This document shows positions 47,963 to 58,105 of a DNA stretch of 64,000 nucleotides, one piece after another; the stretch's first letter is position 1; each line of letters starts with the position of its first letter. Location of the stretch: positions 3,573 to 67,572 of the forward strand of contig CAYTOI010000001.1 in the NCBI GenBank assembly GCA_964439805.1. The letters are read 5' to 3'. Below the pieces are notes generated by a model. The model did no database searches. It saw only the letters and a list, made by a program, of their open reading frames with translations, and was not told the DNA's origin. A program made the translations under genes and the position numbers. This DNA comes from an uncultured Pseudomonadales bacterium (GTDB lineage: Bacteria; Patescibacteriota; Microgenomatia; UBA1400; MFAQ01).

Positions 47963-48940
47963 TTATCCGATCGGATCAGTGCTCTTAACGAGCTTCAATC
48001 CGTAAACTGTGGACAAAGCCTCAAACGCCTGCTTCGCCATATCTTCAAAACCACCAACAGGAGAAGTGCAATCTTCCATAATTCGGATGCGGGACAAAAT
48101 ATCCGATGCGTCATTCTTAAAATAACGAATAATGGAATAAATTGTTTCCAGTACACAGTGGCTACTCGCCTCGCCAGCAATGTAGATCAGATCACAGGTT
48201 TTCAAATCCAATAGAAAATCTTCATCGATACCTGAGTCTTTATCGCCAGCAAATTCTACTTCGCCTTCAACAATAGAGTAGTTCTCGTAAACTTCTCCAG
48301 CGCCCTTAACCTTAAACTTCGGCTGAGATTTACGAGCAATTGCATGAGCAAAAATTGCTTCATACAAAGTCGGTTCAATGGCTTGTTCTGGCGTTCCAAG
48401 CATGCAGTGATTGGCCCAAACCATCAAGTTCTTCTTTTCAAAATCCCCTGCACCAGTGCTGGCTTTTTTACCAAACTGCTCCAACATGGTTAAGTAATAC
48501 TCACTCCAGAGCATACTCTTACCCTTTTTGTATTCATACTGAAAATCAAAGATCGCCTTAACTTTTTTATCCTTCAGATCTTGCAATGTCACAACCGTAA
48601 AGTCGTTCAGGGGTTGACCCTTATCATCGACCCACCAATCCGGGAAAAAGATCTGAAATGGCAAATGGGAATCCATACTTACCGCGATCCGGGTAATTTT
48701 CGCCATATTCTTCAAAATCCAATCGACGATCCGGATCATGTCTTCAATTGCTCCAGGAACACACAGATCACGACCTTTTTCAATAAAGCCGAGCTGAGGA
48801 TCAACCAAAAGGAGCATCACTTTCAACTTGTCTTTCGAGTAGTTTTGAAGGTTTAAAGATCTCCCGTATTTCTTGGCCATTTTCAAATCAGGGTAACGCA
48901 AAGTTCCAACCAAATTCGGATCATAAAATTTTGTATTCAT
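47963..48940 (-). CDS. Nicotinamidase/isochorismatase-like cysteine hydrolase
   Basis: LVDPQ.GF, MDSH, W.NHC..GT, KG, IAGEASSHCV (catalytic Cys); strong SD. Confidence 0.85.
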   Translation of the reverse strand: MNTKFYDPNLVGTLRYPDLKMAKKYGRSLNLQNYSKDKLKVMLLLVDPQLGFIEKGRDLCVPGAIEDMIRIVDWILKNMAKITRIAVSMDSHLPFQIFFPDWWVDDKGQPLNDFTVVTLQDLKDKKVKAIFDFQYEYKKGKSMLWSEYYLTMLEQFGKKASTGAGDFEKKNLMVWANHCMLGTPEQAIEPTLYEAIFAHAIARKSQPKFKVKGAGEVYENYSIVEGEVEFAGDKDSGIDEDFLLDLKTCDLIYIAGEASSHCVLETIYSIIRYFKNDASDILSRIRIMEDCTSPVGGFEDMAKQAFEALSTVYGLKLVKSTDPIG

Positions 48941-48962
48941 GTTTTCTCCTTTTTATTATTTT

Positions 48963-50837
48963 TTAGATTACCAGGTAATTTACCTGTTTCTCACGAATTA
49001 CCAAAAAGTGTTTTCTACCACCTAGGTGAACCAACTTGTCATTAGCCTCTACCAATCTTTCTGTTTTTGGAACCAAAGTAAAAGTATTTTTTCTCAAGTC
49101 CTCCACTATCAAACCAGAATCATCTTGCCAATATATTTCCCCGTCTTCATAGGCAGTTCTGTGAACCTCAGATGCCGGCAGTTTTGCCAACAAGTGAGCG
49201 CTCTCAAAAATCGACTGTCCAAACAGATCAAAAATCTCAGTCAAAACAGTCATTTTCCCGTTTCGGTTAACAACTCTACGCAAACAAACCGTCTCAGTAC
49301 CGAACAACGCAACTGTCTCTCGCAGAGAATCTCCACTATTGAGTTCAGCTTGTTTCAAACTAAAACGTCTTTCTTTGTGAATTAATTGAAAATGGTATTT
49401 GTTAAACAAACGAGAAAGGGTCAATATCTTCTGTCCTGTCGTATCTGACCAAATCCAAGTTTCTTGTTTTGATACCGTAGCTGGCAAAACTTTCTCTAAC
49501 ATTCTGCCATTACTTACATAACCTAGTAGTAACTTGCTTCCAGACTGTCTTAATAAACCCAGTGAAGTTCCTCGAAAAACAGTTTGCCTGTTTCCCAAAA
49601 ACATTTCTGAGCTGCTAGTAATCCACGACTGACCAGGAACACTTATGTGAGTCAGGTATATCATTTCCGTATCAATCTGATTAACAGCAAGGTATTCGTC
49701 CCCCACCATTTCAAATCGATAAGAAAAATTCAAATCCAAGTCCACAAAAACCTTTACGGGTTTACCGTTTCCAGGTCGAATTGTCAAATAATAACCACTT
49801 TTTTCTCGAGATACCACATAAAGATTACCAGACTGAAAACGAGCAAATAGTATTTCTCCATTGGTTTTTATCAGGTTTTCATATAAATATGTCGGCTGAA
49901 AATTAACCATTGGAGTTTTATATGTACATTTCGGACAGGCCTTTCTTGTTTTTGGATAAAACAAGCCACAGCTTCCGCACTCAATCAAAGAAGATTGATA
50001 TGCATCTAGCATTGTTAATTGTATTTCCTCATACTGATGCTTTTCAAAAACATTTGCAAATTTTTCTAGCAGTTCATCCGAAACAGAATCCGGATGATTT
50101 GCAAGCGATGTTTGCTGAACACCTTTATTTAAATACCAAATACCTTTTGCGGCCCTCTCTCGAAAATCCAAGTACTTCGGGTGAATCTGCGAATAGTGGT
50201 GAATATTAAACAAGCTCCAAAAGAGCATCGTCCAGTAGCCATACCAATCAGACTCTTCCGTATACTTAACTCTTCCTGAATTTGCTTGAGAATATAGGTC
50301 CGGACAAAGAAAATACTCAGTCCAAACAGGGCACCTTATCCCATTAATTTGCCATGCATCTGTGTCATACCAATAAACGTCTACACCTCGTTTTCCAAAA
50401 ACAAAAGATGCGTTTCTACCAGACACGTCTCCAGCGATTATGTTGTTTTTATGAATGATCGACAAATCCCGACCAACAATTTTCATAATTTCTACAACAG
50501 TTGGTGTAAAAATACGCAAAGTTGTCCTCAGAGATTTGTTAAACAAAACTCCAATCTCACGAAAACTACTAGGCATTTCTACCATCCCGTAACCCCTAAG
50601 CTCTCCTCCACCGTTTGGTCGAGTACTCAAAGGAATCTTGGGAAACAAAAAACGATCCGGTAAATTTGGTTTATTTTTTAACAAATATTGTATTTTTTGC
50701 AATTGGTCTGGCTCAATACTCTTTAAAACTTTTACCGCCCAGCCACTTTGTCTTACCACTACGGCTTGGCCTCCATCTCCCAAAGTAACACCATTGTTTA
50801 AAAAAGGGTCACTACCCAAGTACAACCTGTCAGTCAT
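48963..50837 (-). CDS. Ser/Thr kinase-like protein with zinc ribbon and uncharacterised C-terminal domain
   Basis: LGDGGQAVV, AVK, GDVSGRN, YDTD, SDWY; CGSC...CPKC; about 310-aa beta-rich tail. Confidence 0.8.
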   Translation of the reverse strand: MTDRLYLGSDPFLNNGVTLGDGGQAVVVRQSGWAVKVLKSIEPDQLQKIQYLLKNKPNLPDRFLFPKIPLSTRPNGGGELRGYGMVEMPSSFREIGVLFNKSLRTTLRIFTPTVVEIMKIVGRDLSIIHKNNIIAGDVSGRNASFVFGKRGVDVYWYDTDAWQINGIRCPVWTEYFLCPDLYSQANSGRVKYTEESDWYGYWTMLFWSLFNIHHYSQIHPKYLDFRERAAKGIWYLNKGVQQTSLANHPDSVSDELLEKFANVFEKHQYEEIQLTMLDAYQSSLIECGSCGLFYPKTRKACPKCTYKTPMVNFQPTYLYENLIKTNGEILFARFQSGNLYVVSREKSGYYLTIRPGNGKPVKVFVDLDLNFSYRFEMVGDEYLAVNQIDTEMIYLTHISVPGQSWITSSSEMFLGNRQTVFRGTSLGLLRQSGSKLLLGYVSNGRMLEKVLPATVSKQETWIWSDTTGQKILTLSRLFNKYHFQLIHKERRFSLKQAELNSGDSLRETVALFGTETVCLRRVVNRNGKMTVLTEIFDLFGQSIFESAHLLAKLPASEVHRTAYEDGEIYWQDDSGLIVEDLRKNTFTLVPKTERLVEANDKLVHLGGRKHFLVIREKQVNYLVI

Positions 50838-51593
50838 TTATACCTCCAATCTTTTCAGAAAAATCACAGAAACATTGTCTTTTGTATCCGAACGAATTGT
50901 TGAAATTCTATTAAGACACATCTGCAAACTAAAATTTGAATTTGAATATGCATTTAGCTCATCCATTAAATGAGGGTAAGAAGATAAACCGTCCGAAGAT
51001 ACTCCTGCAACTCTTACAGAATCAGCAGAAAGAATCTCCGTCTCGAATCCATTTGGCAACAAAGATTGTATCTCTGCCCCAACTTCTCCATAACTCTCAT
51101 ATAGGTGATACGCAGGGTATCGAGGTCTGTTTAAACTTTCGGGGTTTAAAACTTTATGAACAGAATCATTTAAATAACTCAATCCGTCTCCCGCCCAAAA
51201 GTAAACAATCTCTGACTCATCAGCCAAAATACCAATCGTAGTACACATCAAATACAAAGAAATAAAGTCTAGTTTTTCATCATTATCACTCAAAAACTGA
51301 GACTCAACTTGCCACCAAAGATAATCAATGTATTCTGGAAAAAGTAACGAAGGAATTAAGCTTGGCTTTACACCTTCAAGTAACATTGCTCGAGATCTAC
51401 GAATCAAAAAAAGGTTGGACAAATGAGCTCCAACTTCGGACTTTAAATTTAATTTTAACAGTCCATGGCAGCCATCGTTAATAATACCAGCAGCCACAAA
51501 ACTATTTGTCCAGACACTTGCAACGTCTTGGTTATTCCTGCCTTCATGAAAATACGTCAAACCTTGTGCTGAAGCCGATGTAATCTTCCACAT
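50838..51593 (-). CDS. PP2C-family protein phosphatase (TerY-P type)
   Basis: NNQD, INDGC, SEVGA, AGDG, SSDGL, DNVSV; SD AAGGAGA. Confidence 0.82.
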   Translation of the reverse strand: MWKITSASAQGLTYFHEGRNNQDVASVWTNSFVAAGIINDGCHGLLKLNLKSEVGAHLSNLFLIRRSRAMLLEGVKPSLIPSLLFPEYIDYLWWQVESQFLSDNDEKLDFISLYLMCTTIGILADESEIVYFWAGDGLSYLNDSVHKVLNPESLNRPRYPAYHLYESYGEVGAEIQSLLPNGFETEILSADSVRVAGVSSDGLSSYPHLMDELNAYSNSNFSLQMCLNRISTIRSDTKDNVSVIFLKRLEV

Positions 51594-51710
51594 ACCATCT
51601 CCTTATATTTAATCTTAATGTCAAGGTTCTAATACCCCACACTTAGTGTATTTATGACACCATTATACCTCACAACTCTACTGTGTCAAGACGGGTATTA
51701 TAACCTCAAT

Positions 51711-52958
51711 TTAGATGGAAACAAGGCTAATTATGCGGGTTAGTAGGGGCTGAGACCCTTCTATTACCTCGCCAGCCTCAGTAGTAATGTATACGTTTTG
51801 CTTCGCCGTAACCTTAAACAGACCAAAAACGTTGTAGGTTTTATCACCTACTACCTTATAGGACAATTCCGATCCATAATTTTCCAAGGTTGGGACACTA
51901 TCTTTGTTCAATTTTTCAAAAGTCTTCAAATCAACAGCCTCCTTAATTGCCTGCATCGGGAGCACCTTTAGCTCCTTTTTACCATCAAATGTCTCTACAA
52001 AAATTTTCTGACTATCAATATTTACATGCACGGGACTATCTGTAGTTACCACCACCCCATCCTGAACCAAGGCAAAAAGATTATCACTTGTTACGTTTAG
52101 TTTTACCTTTTTGTTATCCAGTATTTTGTTTAGTGTCACCTCAGCACTTCTCAAATCATCTTCTTTAATATTAAGAATGCTCTGCTCTGAGTTTTGAGCA
52201 GCCAAAACCACATTCCCTCCCTGCAATCTATAAAAGATATCTACATCTCCTGTCAAAACGTTGTTGTCCAACTTATCCTCTTTAATAGTTGGCACCTTCA
52301 AAGCTTGTGAGGGACTAGGCTTGCTTATAAACTCCCCTCTACTCACTTCTTGAATTTTATTTTGTATAGATTTAATTACACTCCTTTTGGGTGGAGAATA
52401 ATAAGTTTTGTTTTCTTCTGTCACTGACTTCTCCGAAACAGGTACATAAACAATTACTTTTTCAGTTGAATAAATTGTTTGAGTTTGAACTGTCCCTGAT
52501 TGCAAACTGGGGTGATCAAAGACCTCAGTATCTTTAGCTGTTTTATACTCAATATTGCTAGTCGGGTTTACAGTTGTATTGTCTTCGGCGGGCACTGAAT
52601 TTCTTCCCTGTAAACGCTGAGCAATGGTAGCTCTTGGTAATACTACAACATCGGTAATTGTTGGTTCTACAGTAATTACTGAGGTCACCGTAACACTATC
52701 AGTAACAGCAGCAGTGACAGTAGATGTTATTGTGGCGGAAACATTATTGTCCTGATTGTTATTTTGATTATTATTTCCGTTATTGTTCAAGCCACCGTTA
52801 TTCCACCAGCCAGAATTATCATTATCAGAATGATCACCAAGAACTTTCGTATCGTTTTTCCCAAAAAAACTTTGCCCAAAAAATCCTAGTCCCAAAACTA
52901 AGCACAAAACCAAAAAAACATTGTTCTGAAAAAGTTTAATTCTTTTTCTTTTTGCCAT
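51711..52958 (-). CDS. Exported hypothetical protein with Asn- and Thr-rich linker
   Basis: N-terminal TM (..KVLGD), NNNGNNNQNN and T/V-rich tracts, beta-rich C-terminus. Confidence 0.7.
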   Translation of the reverse strand: MAKRKRIKLFQNNVFLVLCLVLGLGFFGQSFFGKNDTKVLGDHSDNDNSGWWNNGGLNNNGNNNQNNNQDNNVSATITSTVTAAVTDSVTVTSVITVEPTITDVVVLPRATIAQRLQGRNSVPAEDNTTVNPTSNIEYKTAKDTEVFDHPSLQSGTVQTQTIYSTEKVIVYVPVSEKSVTEENKTYYSPPKRSVIKSIQNKIQEVSRGEFISKPSPSQALKVPTIKEDKLDNNVLTGDVDIFYRLQGGNVVLAAQNSEQSILNIKEDDLRSAEVTLNKILDNKKVKLNVTSDNLFALVQDGVVVTTDSPVHVNIDSQKIFVETFDGKKELKVLPMQAIKEAVDLKTFEKLNKDSVPTLENYGSELSYKVVGDKTYNVFGLFKVTAKQNVYITTEAGEVIEGSQPLLTRIISLVSI

Positions 52959-53011
52959 GTAAAATCTTATCACTTTTGGGAATTTCACTACTTCACGTAT
53001 ATAATTTATTT

Positions 53012-53776
53012 ATGACTCTTTTTTACGTTTTTCTCTCTTCTGTTGTTGAAGGTTTAACTGAATTCTTACCCATCTCTTCTACTGGACACCTTATCATTCT
53101 CAACCATCTATTTAATATAAAAAGCACCCCTCTCCTGTCATCATTTGATATTTTTATACAGCTAGGCGCAATTTTGGCTATCGTAAATCTTTACTACAAA
53201 GAATTGCTTGAAAACAAAAAACAAATTCTAAATCTACTCGCTTCTTTTATCCCCTCTGCCATTGTGGGTCTAATTTTTTACCCGTTTATAAAAAGTTACC
53301 TTCTCGACAACATTATTATTACCACCGCAGCTCTTTTTGTTGGCGGATTAATCATCTTTACTCTCCCATCCAACAAAACAAACAAGAAAGACTTATCCTA
53401 CTTTGACTACTTCAAAATCGGTCTCTTCCAGTCTCTTTCCATAATCCCAGGCACTAGTAGAGCCCTTATGACTATTATTGGTGGATTATATTCCGGCTTA
53501 AATTTAGTAGAAGCCATAAAATACTCCTTCCTTCTGGCCATCCCTACCATTGGAGCCGCCACCGCACTAGACCTCTTTAAGAATAGAGACATTATCTTTA
53601 GTGATTTAGGAAATATTAAGCTTTTTACTATTGGTTTTTTAATATCATTCATCACTGCAAAACTAACAGTAAATGCTTTTTTAAATTTTTCCCAGAAAAA
53701 CGGACTGAGATTTTTTGGATTTTATAGAATAGCTCTATCAGCAGTTCTATTAATATTATTTATTCTGCCTTTATGA
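53012..53776 (+). CDS. uppP: Undecaprenyl-diphosphatase
   Basis: VEGLTEFLPISSTGHL, IQLGAILA, PGTSR, SFLLAIP. Confidence 0.95.
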   Translation: MTLFYVFLSSVVEGLTEFLPISSTGHLIILNHLFNIKSTPLLSSFDIFIQLGAILAIVNLYYKELLENKKQILNLLASFIPSAIVGLIFYPFIKSYLLDNIIITTAALFVGGLIIFTLPSNKTNKKDLSYFDYFKIGLFQSLSIIPGTSRALMTIIGGLYSGLNLVEAIKYSFLLAIPTIGAATALDLFKNRDIIFSDLGNIKLFTIGFLISFITAKLTVNAFLNFSQKNGLRFFGFYRIALSAVLLILFILPL

Positions 53777-55455
53777 ACACCTTTTTAGAACTAGCCGCTA
53801 TTATCAGTTTAGCTACTGCTGTTTCTATTATTGCCAAGTTATTCAAACAACCTTTAATAATTGGCTACATCGTTACTGGAATCTTGGCCGGGCCAATTTT
53901 TTTTAACATTCTAAAATCCCAAGACCAAATGGAGCTTTTTTCCAAGGTGGGCATTTCTGTTCTTCTCTTTATAGTTGGTCTAAATTTAAACCCTAAGGTC
54001 ATCAAAGAAGTTGGTAAGGTTTCTTTGATTACGGGTATCTCTCAAGTAATCATTACTTCAGTCATAGGATTTTTTATTGCTAAGTTTCTCGGACTAAATA
54101 CAACCTCTTCCTTATATGTATCTGTTGCTTTGACTTTTGGCAGCACCATTATTGTTCTCAAACTTCTTTCTGACAAGGGTGACTATCACAAGCTTTATGG
54201 CAAAATTGCAGTTGGGTTTTTGCTAGTTCAAGACATCATAGCTTCTTTTATTCTCCTTTTTACCACCGCTTTTTCATCTGCCAACCAAGGAAGTGTTGCC
54301 AGTGTCGTTACCTCGCTTCTACTAAAATCAGTTGTTATCGGTATTGCTCTTTACGTTTTTAATTCTTTCGTCTTGCCAAAACTAACAGCTTTAATTGCCA
54401 GCAACTCAGAGCTATTATTTTTATTTTCTCTATCTTGGGGATTAGGTCTTGCCTCCGTCTTTCACCTCATCGGCTTTTCCATAGAAATTGGCTCGCTTGT
54501 TGCAGGAGTCTCTCTTTCCCTTACCCCTTTTGCTTACGAAATAGCTGCCAAACTAAAACCAATCCGAGACTTTTTTGTTGTTCTCTTTTTTATCTTGCTC
54601 GGGTCTCAAATGAATTTAGGAAGTTTTTATAGTCTCCTTCCTCAGGCTTTGATACTCTCTTTGTACGTCCTCATTGGCAACCCTTTAATTGTTATTTTGT
54701 TAGTAAACGCATTGGGTCACAAAAGAAAAACTAGTTTTATGGCCGGCTTAACAGTAGCTCAAATTAGTGAATTTTCTTTAATACTAGCCACTCTCGGTGT
54801 CAGCTTGGGTCATATTTCTCAAGACATTCTATCCTTAATTACCCTGGTTGGAATTATTACCATCGCCTGCTCCTCTTATTTAATTTTGTATTCAGAAAAA
54901 CTTTTTCCCAAAATTGAATGGTTGTTAAAACTAATAGAACTAAAAAAGAACAATGGAAAAGAACAAAACAAAAATGAAAACTTTGAAATTCTTCTTTTTG
55001 GCTACGATCGTGTAGGTCAAGATTTTGTCAGAACATTTAAGTCCTTCAAAAAGCCATTTTTGGTAGTTGATCTTAATCCCAACTCTATAGAAATTCTTAA
55101 TAAGAAAAATATTCCCAATCGTTTTGGAGACGCTGAAGACGTTGACTTTCTAGAAGACCTTGGATTAAAAAAAGTAAAACTAGCCATCTCCACCATTCCG
55201 GATCTTCAAACAAATCTCTGCCTTACCGAACTAATTAAAAAAGCCAACCCTAACAGTGTAATCATCATTGTCAGCCATGACCTCAATGAGGCAAAAATTC
55301 TTTACGAAGAAGGCGCTAGCTATGTAGTAGTCCCTCACTATCTTGGAGCTAAACACATCACCAAGCTCCTCTCAAAGCTAGGCATTAATCACACAGCATT
55401 TAAATACGAAAGAGAAAAGCATCTAGAATATATTTCACAAAAAGTATCAGCTTAA
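53773..55455 (+). CDS. CPA2/Kef-type cation:proton antiporter with TrkA-N domain
   Basis: LLFIVGL, LVQD, AQISEFS, GYDRVG, GDAED. Confidence 0.92.
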   Translation: MNTFLELAAIISLATAVSIIAKLFKQPLIIGYIVTGILAGPIFFNILKSQDQMELFSKVGISVLLFIVGLNLNPKVIKEVGKVSLITGISQVIITSVIGFFIAKFLGLNTTSSLYVSVALTFGSTIIVLKLLSDKGDYHKLYGKIAVGFLLVQDIIASFILLFTTAFSSANQGSVASVVTSLLLKSVVIGIALYVFNSFVLPKLTALIASNSELLFLFSLSWGLGLASVFHLIGFSIEIGSLVAGVSLSLTPFAYEIAAKLKPIRDFFVVLFFILLGSQMNLGSFYSLLPQALILSLYVLIGNPLIVILLVNALGHKRKTSFMAGLTVAQISEFSLILATLGVSLGHISQDILSLITLVGIITIACSSYLILYSEKLFPKIEWLLKLIELKKNNGKEQNKNENFEILLFGYDRVGQDFVRTFKSFKKPFLVVDLNPNSIEILNKKNIPNRFGDAEDVDFLEDLGLKKVKLAISTIPDLQTNLCLTELIKKANPNSVIIIVSHDLNEAKILYEEGASYVVVPHYLGAKHITKLLSKLGINHTAFKYEREKHLEYISQKVSA

Positions 55456-55857
55456 ACCATGCTCTTTGAAGCAGGGAATATATTTTCTGTCGATTACCAT
55501 CAAGTGATCTATAAGCCAGTCTTCCAAAAAGTCCACCAGTTCAAAAGCAAGAGATACTGAGTCGTCACCATTCCTAACTGTCATATCATCCAGTCTCGAG
55601 CTAAACAACGCGTGCTTTTCCTTGTGTTCTTCGGCTCCTTCATAACCAAACTCTGCAAAGTATTTCTCTTCAGTGGCAAAGTGATATTTTTTGTATTCAA
55701 CCAGAGATTTAATTATTTCACTGACCTGATCATTGGTAGGTTTCGTGTTCAGTATTGCAATTAACTCATTAATAGTAGCAAACATTTTTTTGTGCTGGTC
55801 ATCAATAAGCTTTACTCCTACACTATATTTTTCCTCCCATTCTAGCGGTTTATTCAT
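55447..55857 (-). CDS. Bacteriohemerythrin
   Basis: W...YSVG..IDDQH, HF..EE, H...H, WL.DHL...D. Confidence 0.92.
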   Translation of the reverse strand: MNKPLEWEEKYSVGVKLIDDQHKKMFATINELIAILNTKPTNDQVSEIIKSLVEYKKYHFATEEKYFAEFGYEGAEEHKEKHALFSSRLDDMTVRNGDDSVSLAFELVDFLEDWLIDHLMVIDRKYIPCFKEHGLS

Positions 55858-55916
55858 ACTGTCATCATACTCCAAATAGGTAAATTTTTAACAATAAAAG
55901 GACTAAAATAGTAGAG

Positions 55917-57116
55917 ATGTCCAAAGAAAAATCTATTATCATCTTCACTGTTGCTATAGACGTAATCGGGTTGGGAATTATTATTCCCGTTTTACCTGTA
56001 TACGTGGAATCGTTTGGCATTTCCGCCTTTTCCGTAGCCTTATTGTTTTCTGCCTATTCTCTTTTTTCCTTTCTTAGTGCACCTTTTCTAGGAGCTCTCT
56101 CAGACAAGATCGGACGCAGACCAGTACTGATTGGAAGCATCGCCAGCACTTCACTTGGCTGGATTATTTTCGCCTTAGGCCATAGCCTACCCGTACTTCT
56201 CTTGGGAAGAATAATAGATGGACTTGCTGCAGGAAACATCTCCACTGCTCAGTCTTCCATCTCTGACCTTTCCAGAGACGCCAAAGAAAGAGCCGGAAAC
56301 CTGGGAATCATTGGCATGATTTTTGGCTTAGGTTTCGTTGTCGGACCATTCTTGGGAGGAGTTTTAAGCAAAGTCTCTCACTCCTTCCCTTTCTTTTTTG
56401 TTGGCGGGCTTGCTTTTCTAAACGTTGTTCTTGCTTACTTCTTCTTACCAGAAACCAACAAAAATATTGACAGAAAGAAGAAAATAAGCTGGAACCCTTT
56501 TAGGCCTTTAGTTTCTGCAGCCAAAAATATTCACCTCAGAAGCTTATATATTGTTTGGTTCATGTTCAATACTATCGCTGTTGGAGCCAATACCATCTTT
56601 GCCCTATTTCTTGGTAAGTCATACGGATTCAGTGCCTTTACAACAGGGATGTTTTTTACCGGCATTGGGTTGATTCTTGCTCTTAACCAAGGATATCTAT
56701 TAAAAAACTTTTGGCTAAAAAAATTCAAGGAAAGACAATTAATTATTTTAATGTTAAGTTTTTTCTCTTTTGGTTTTCTTTTTATGTCCATTCACTCCAT
56801 TTATGTTTTTATCTTTGGCATGATCTTTTCTGCTCTTGGTCAATCAGTTCTAGGGGTAGCTATGACCAGTGAAATTGTTGGAGAAGCAAACCAAACAGAA
56901 AGAGGTGAAGCCGTAGGAGTTCTCTCCGCGATTGGTTCCGCAGCGAACATTATTGCTCCCATTGGCTCTGGATTTCTATTTCAACAACACCACAACTCCC
57001 CCTATATTGCCGCCTCCATATTAAGTCTCTTAACCTTATTCATCTTCTACAGGGCAAAAGTAAAAGACGTCCAAACCCCAGAAACGGACGAACTCGCCGA
57101 AGAAGTTACTGTGTAA
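55917..57116 (+). CDS. MFS transporter, TetA/DHA1-like
   Basis: D..G.G...PVLP, LSDKIGRRPV, GRIIDG, GPFLGG. Confidence 0.92.
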   Translation: MSKEKSIIIFTVAIDVIGLGIIIPVLPVYVESFGISAFSVALLFSAYSLFSFLSAPFLGALSDKIGRRPVLIGSIASTSLGWIIFALGHSLPVLLLGRIIDGLAAGNISTAQSSISDLSRDAKERAGNLGIIGMIFGLGFVVGPFLGGVLSKVSHSFPFFFVGGLAFLNVVLAYFFLPETNKNIDRKKKISWNPFRPLVSAAKNIHLRSLYIVWFMFNTIAVGANTIFALFLGKSYGFSAFTTGMFFTGIGLILALNQGYLLKNFWLKKFKERQLIILMLSFFSFGFLFMSIHSIYVFIFGMIFSALGQSVLGVAMTSEIVGEANQTERGEAVGVLSAIGSAANIIAPIGSGFLFQQHHNSPYIAASILSLLTLFIFYRAKVKDVQTPETDELAEEVTV

Positions 57117-57144
57117 AATAATTTTATTAACAACTCAAAGACTA

Positions 57145-57891
57145 ATGATGGAAAACAACAATCAACTAAACAACTCGACAAATCTAAACACCGTTCAAAC
57201 AACACCTCTTGTCCAAACTCCAACACCGTCCAACTTGCCAAAGTATTTTATATTTGCAATATTGGGACTAGTGGTATTAAGTGGCACCGCTTTTGCAGGA
57301 TTTCAATTAGGAAAAAATCAAAAAGAAGAACAACTACCCATTGCAATACAACCAACAACAGCACCAACTCAAGCAGTTACCAATCCAACAATTCAACCTA
57401 CAAAAATCCCCACCATTAGTCTGTCGACTTCACCAACAATGTCTTTGTCAAAAACAGAATCTAATAATTGGAGAACTTATACTAGTAAAAATTATTCATT
57501 CCAATATCCAAATAGCTGGGCAGATGTAACTGAAAATATTTTATCTACAAGAACTGAAGTAGTAAGTGAAGGAAATATGGTTGTGAGCGATGGGGAATAT
57601 TACAATCAAAAACTCGGAAGATCCCAAACATATCAGGAGTATACAAACCAAGTCGTTCCCAAATCTATCAGTACAACTCCATTCAACTTAGGCAATCTAA
57701 ACGGCATACGGTACACAGACAAAGATAATTCTGGCAGGTCAATGGTAAATATTATTCTTTCGGATAAACCCACTAGTACCAAGATTTTTTCAATTATATA
57801 TATGAGTCCTGTATCTGATTTAGAAACAATTAATACTATTCTTAATCCGATTCTCTCCACCTTCAAATTCACTAGCAATGAAACTTATTAA
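57145..57891 (+). CDS. Single-TM surface protein with P/T-rich stalk and PsbP-like C-terminal domain
   Basis: TM ending AGFQLGKNQ, PT repeats, WRTY...YSFQYP..W, ILSTFKFT. Confidence 0.75.
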   Translation: MMENNNQLNNSTNLNTVQTTPLVQTPTPSNLPKYFIFAILGLVVLSGTAFAGFQLGKNQKEEQLPIAIQPTTAPTQAVTNPTIQPTKIPTISLSTSPTMSLSKTESNNWRTYTSKNYSFQYPNSWADVTENILSTRTEVVSEGNMVVSDGEYYNQKLGRSQTYQEYTNQVVPKSISTTPFNLGNLNGIRYTDKDNSGRSMVNIILSDKPTSTKIFSIIYMSPVSDLETINTILNPILSTFKFTSNETY

Positions 57892-58084
57892 GTTAACGTT
57901 TCTGCTTCTTTTTATCATTATTCTATGGATGAACCTTACCTCAGGACATTTTTATAAATCATGCTGCAACGTTAATTATGGAAAAAATCAAAGAGAAGAA
58001 ATTGCCTGCATAACCGAAACCTGCAAACTGTCAATAATTAATTTAGCCAAATTAATTCTTGCAAACATTGATTTCAAAAAATAA
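57878..58084 (+). CDS. Small exported Cys-containing protein
   Basis: Signal-like N-terminus, 4 Cys; overlaps the upstream stop. Confidence 0.5.
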   Translation: MKLIKLTFLLLFIIILWMNLTSGHFYKSCCNVNYGKNQREEIACITETCKLSIINLAKLILANIDFKK

Positions 58085-58105
58085 ATTCAACTAGTGATTT
58101 GATAC

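Noticed and set aside
52745-52830. Asn-rich AAT/AAC tract
   Set aside because: Ordinary low-complexity linker, unrelated to the octamer family.
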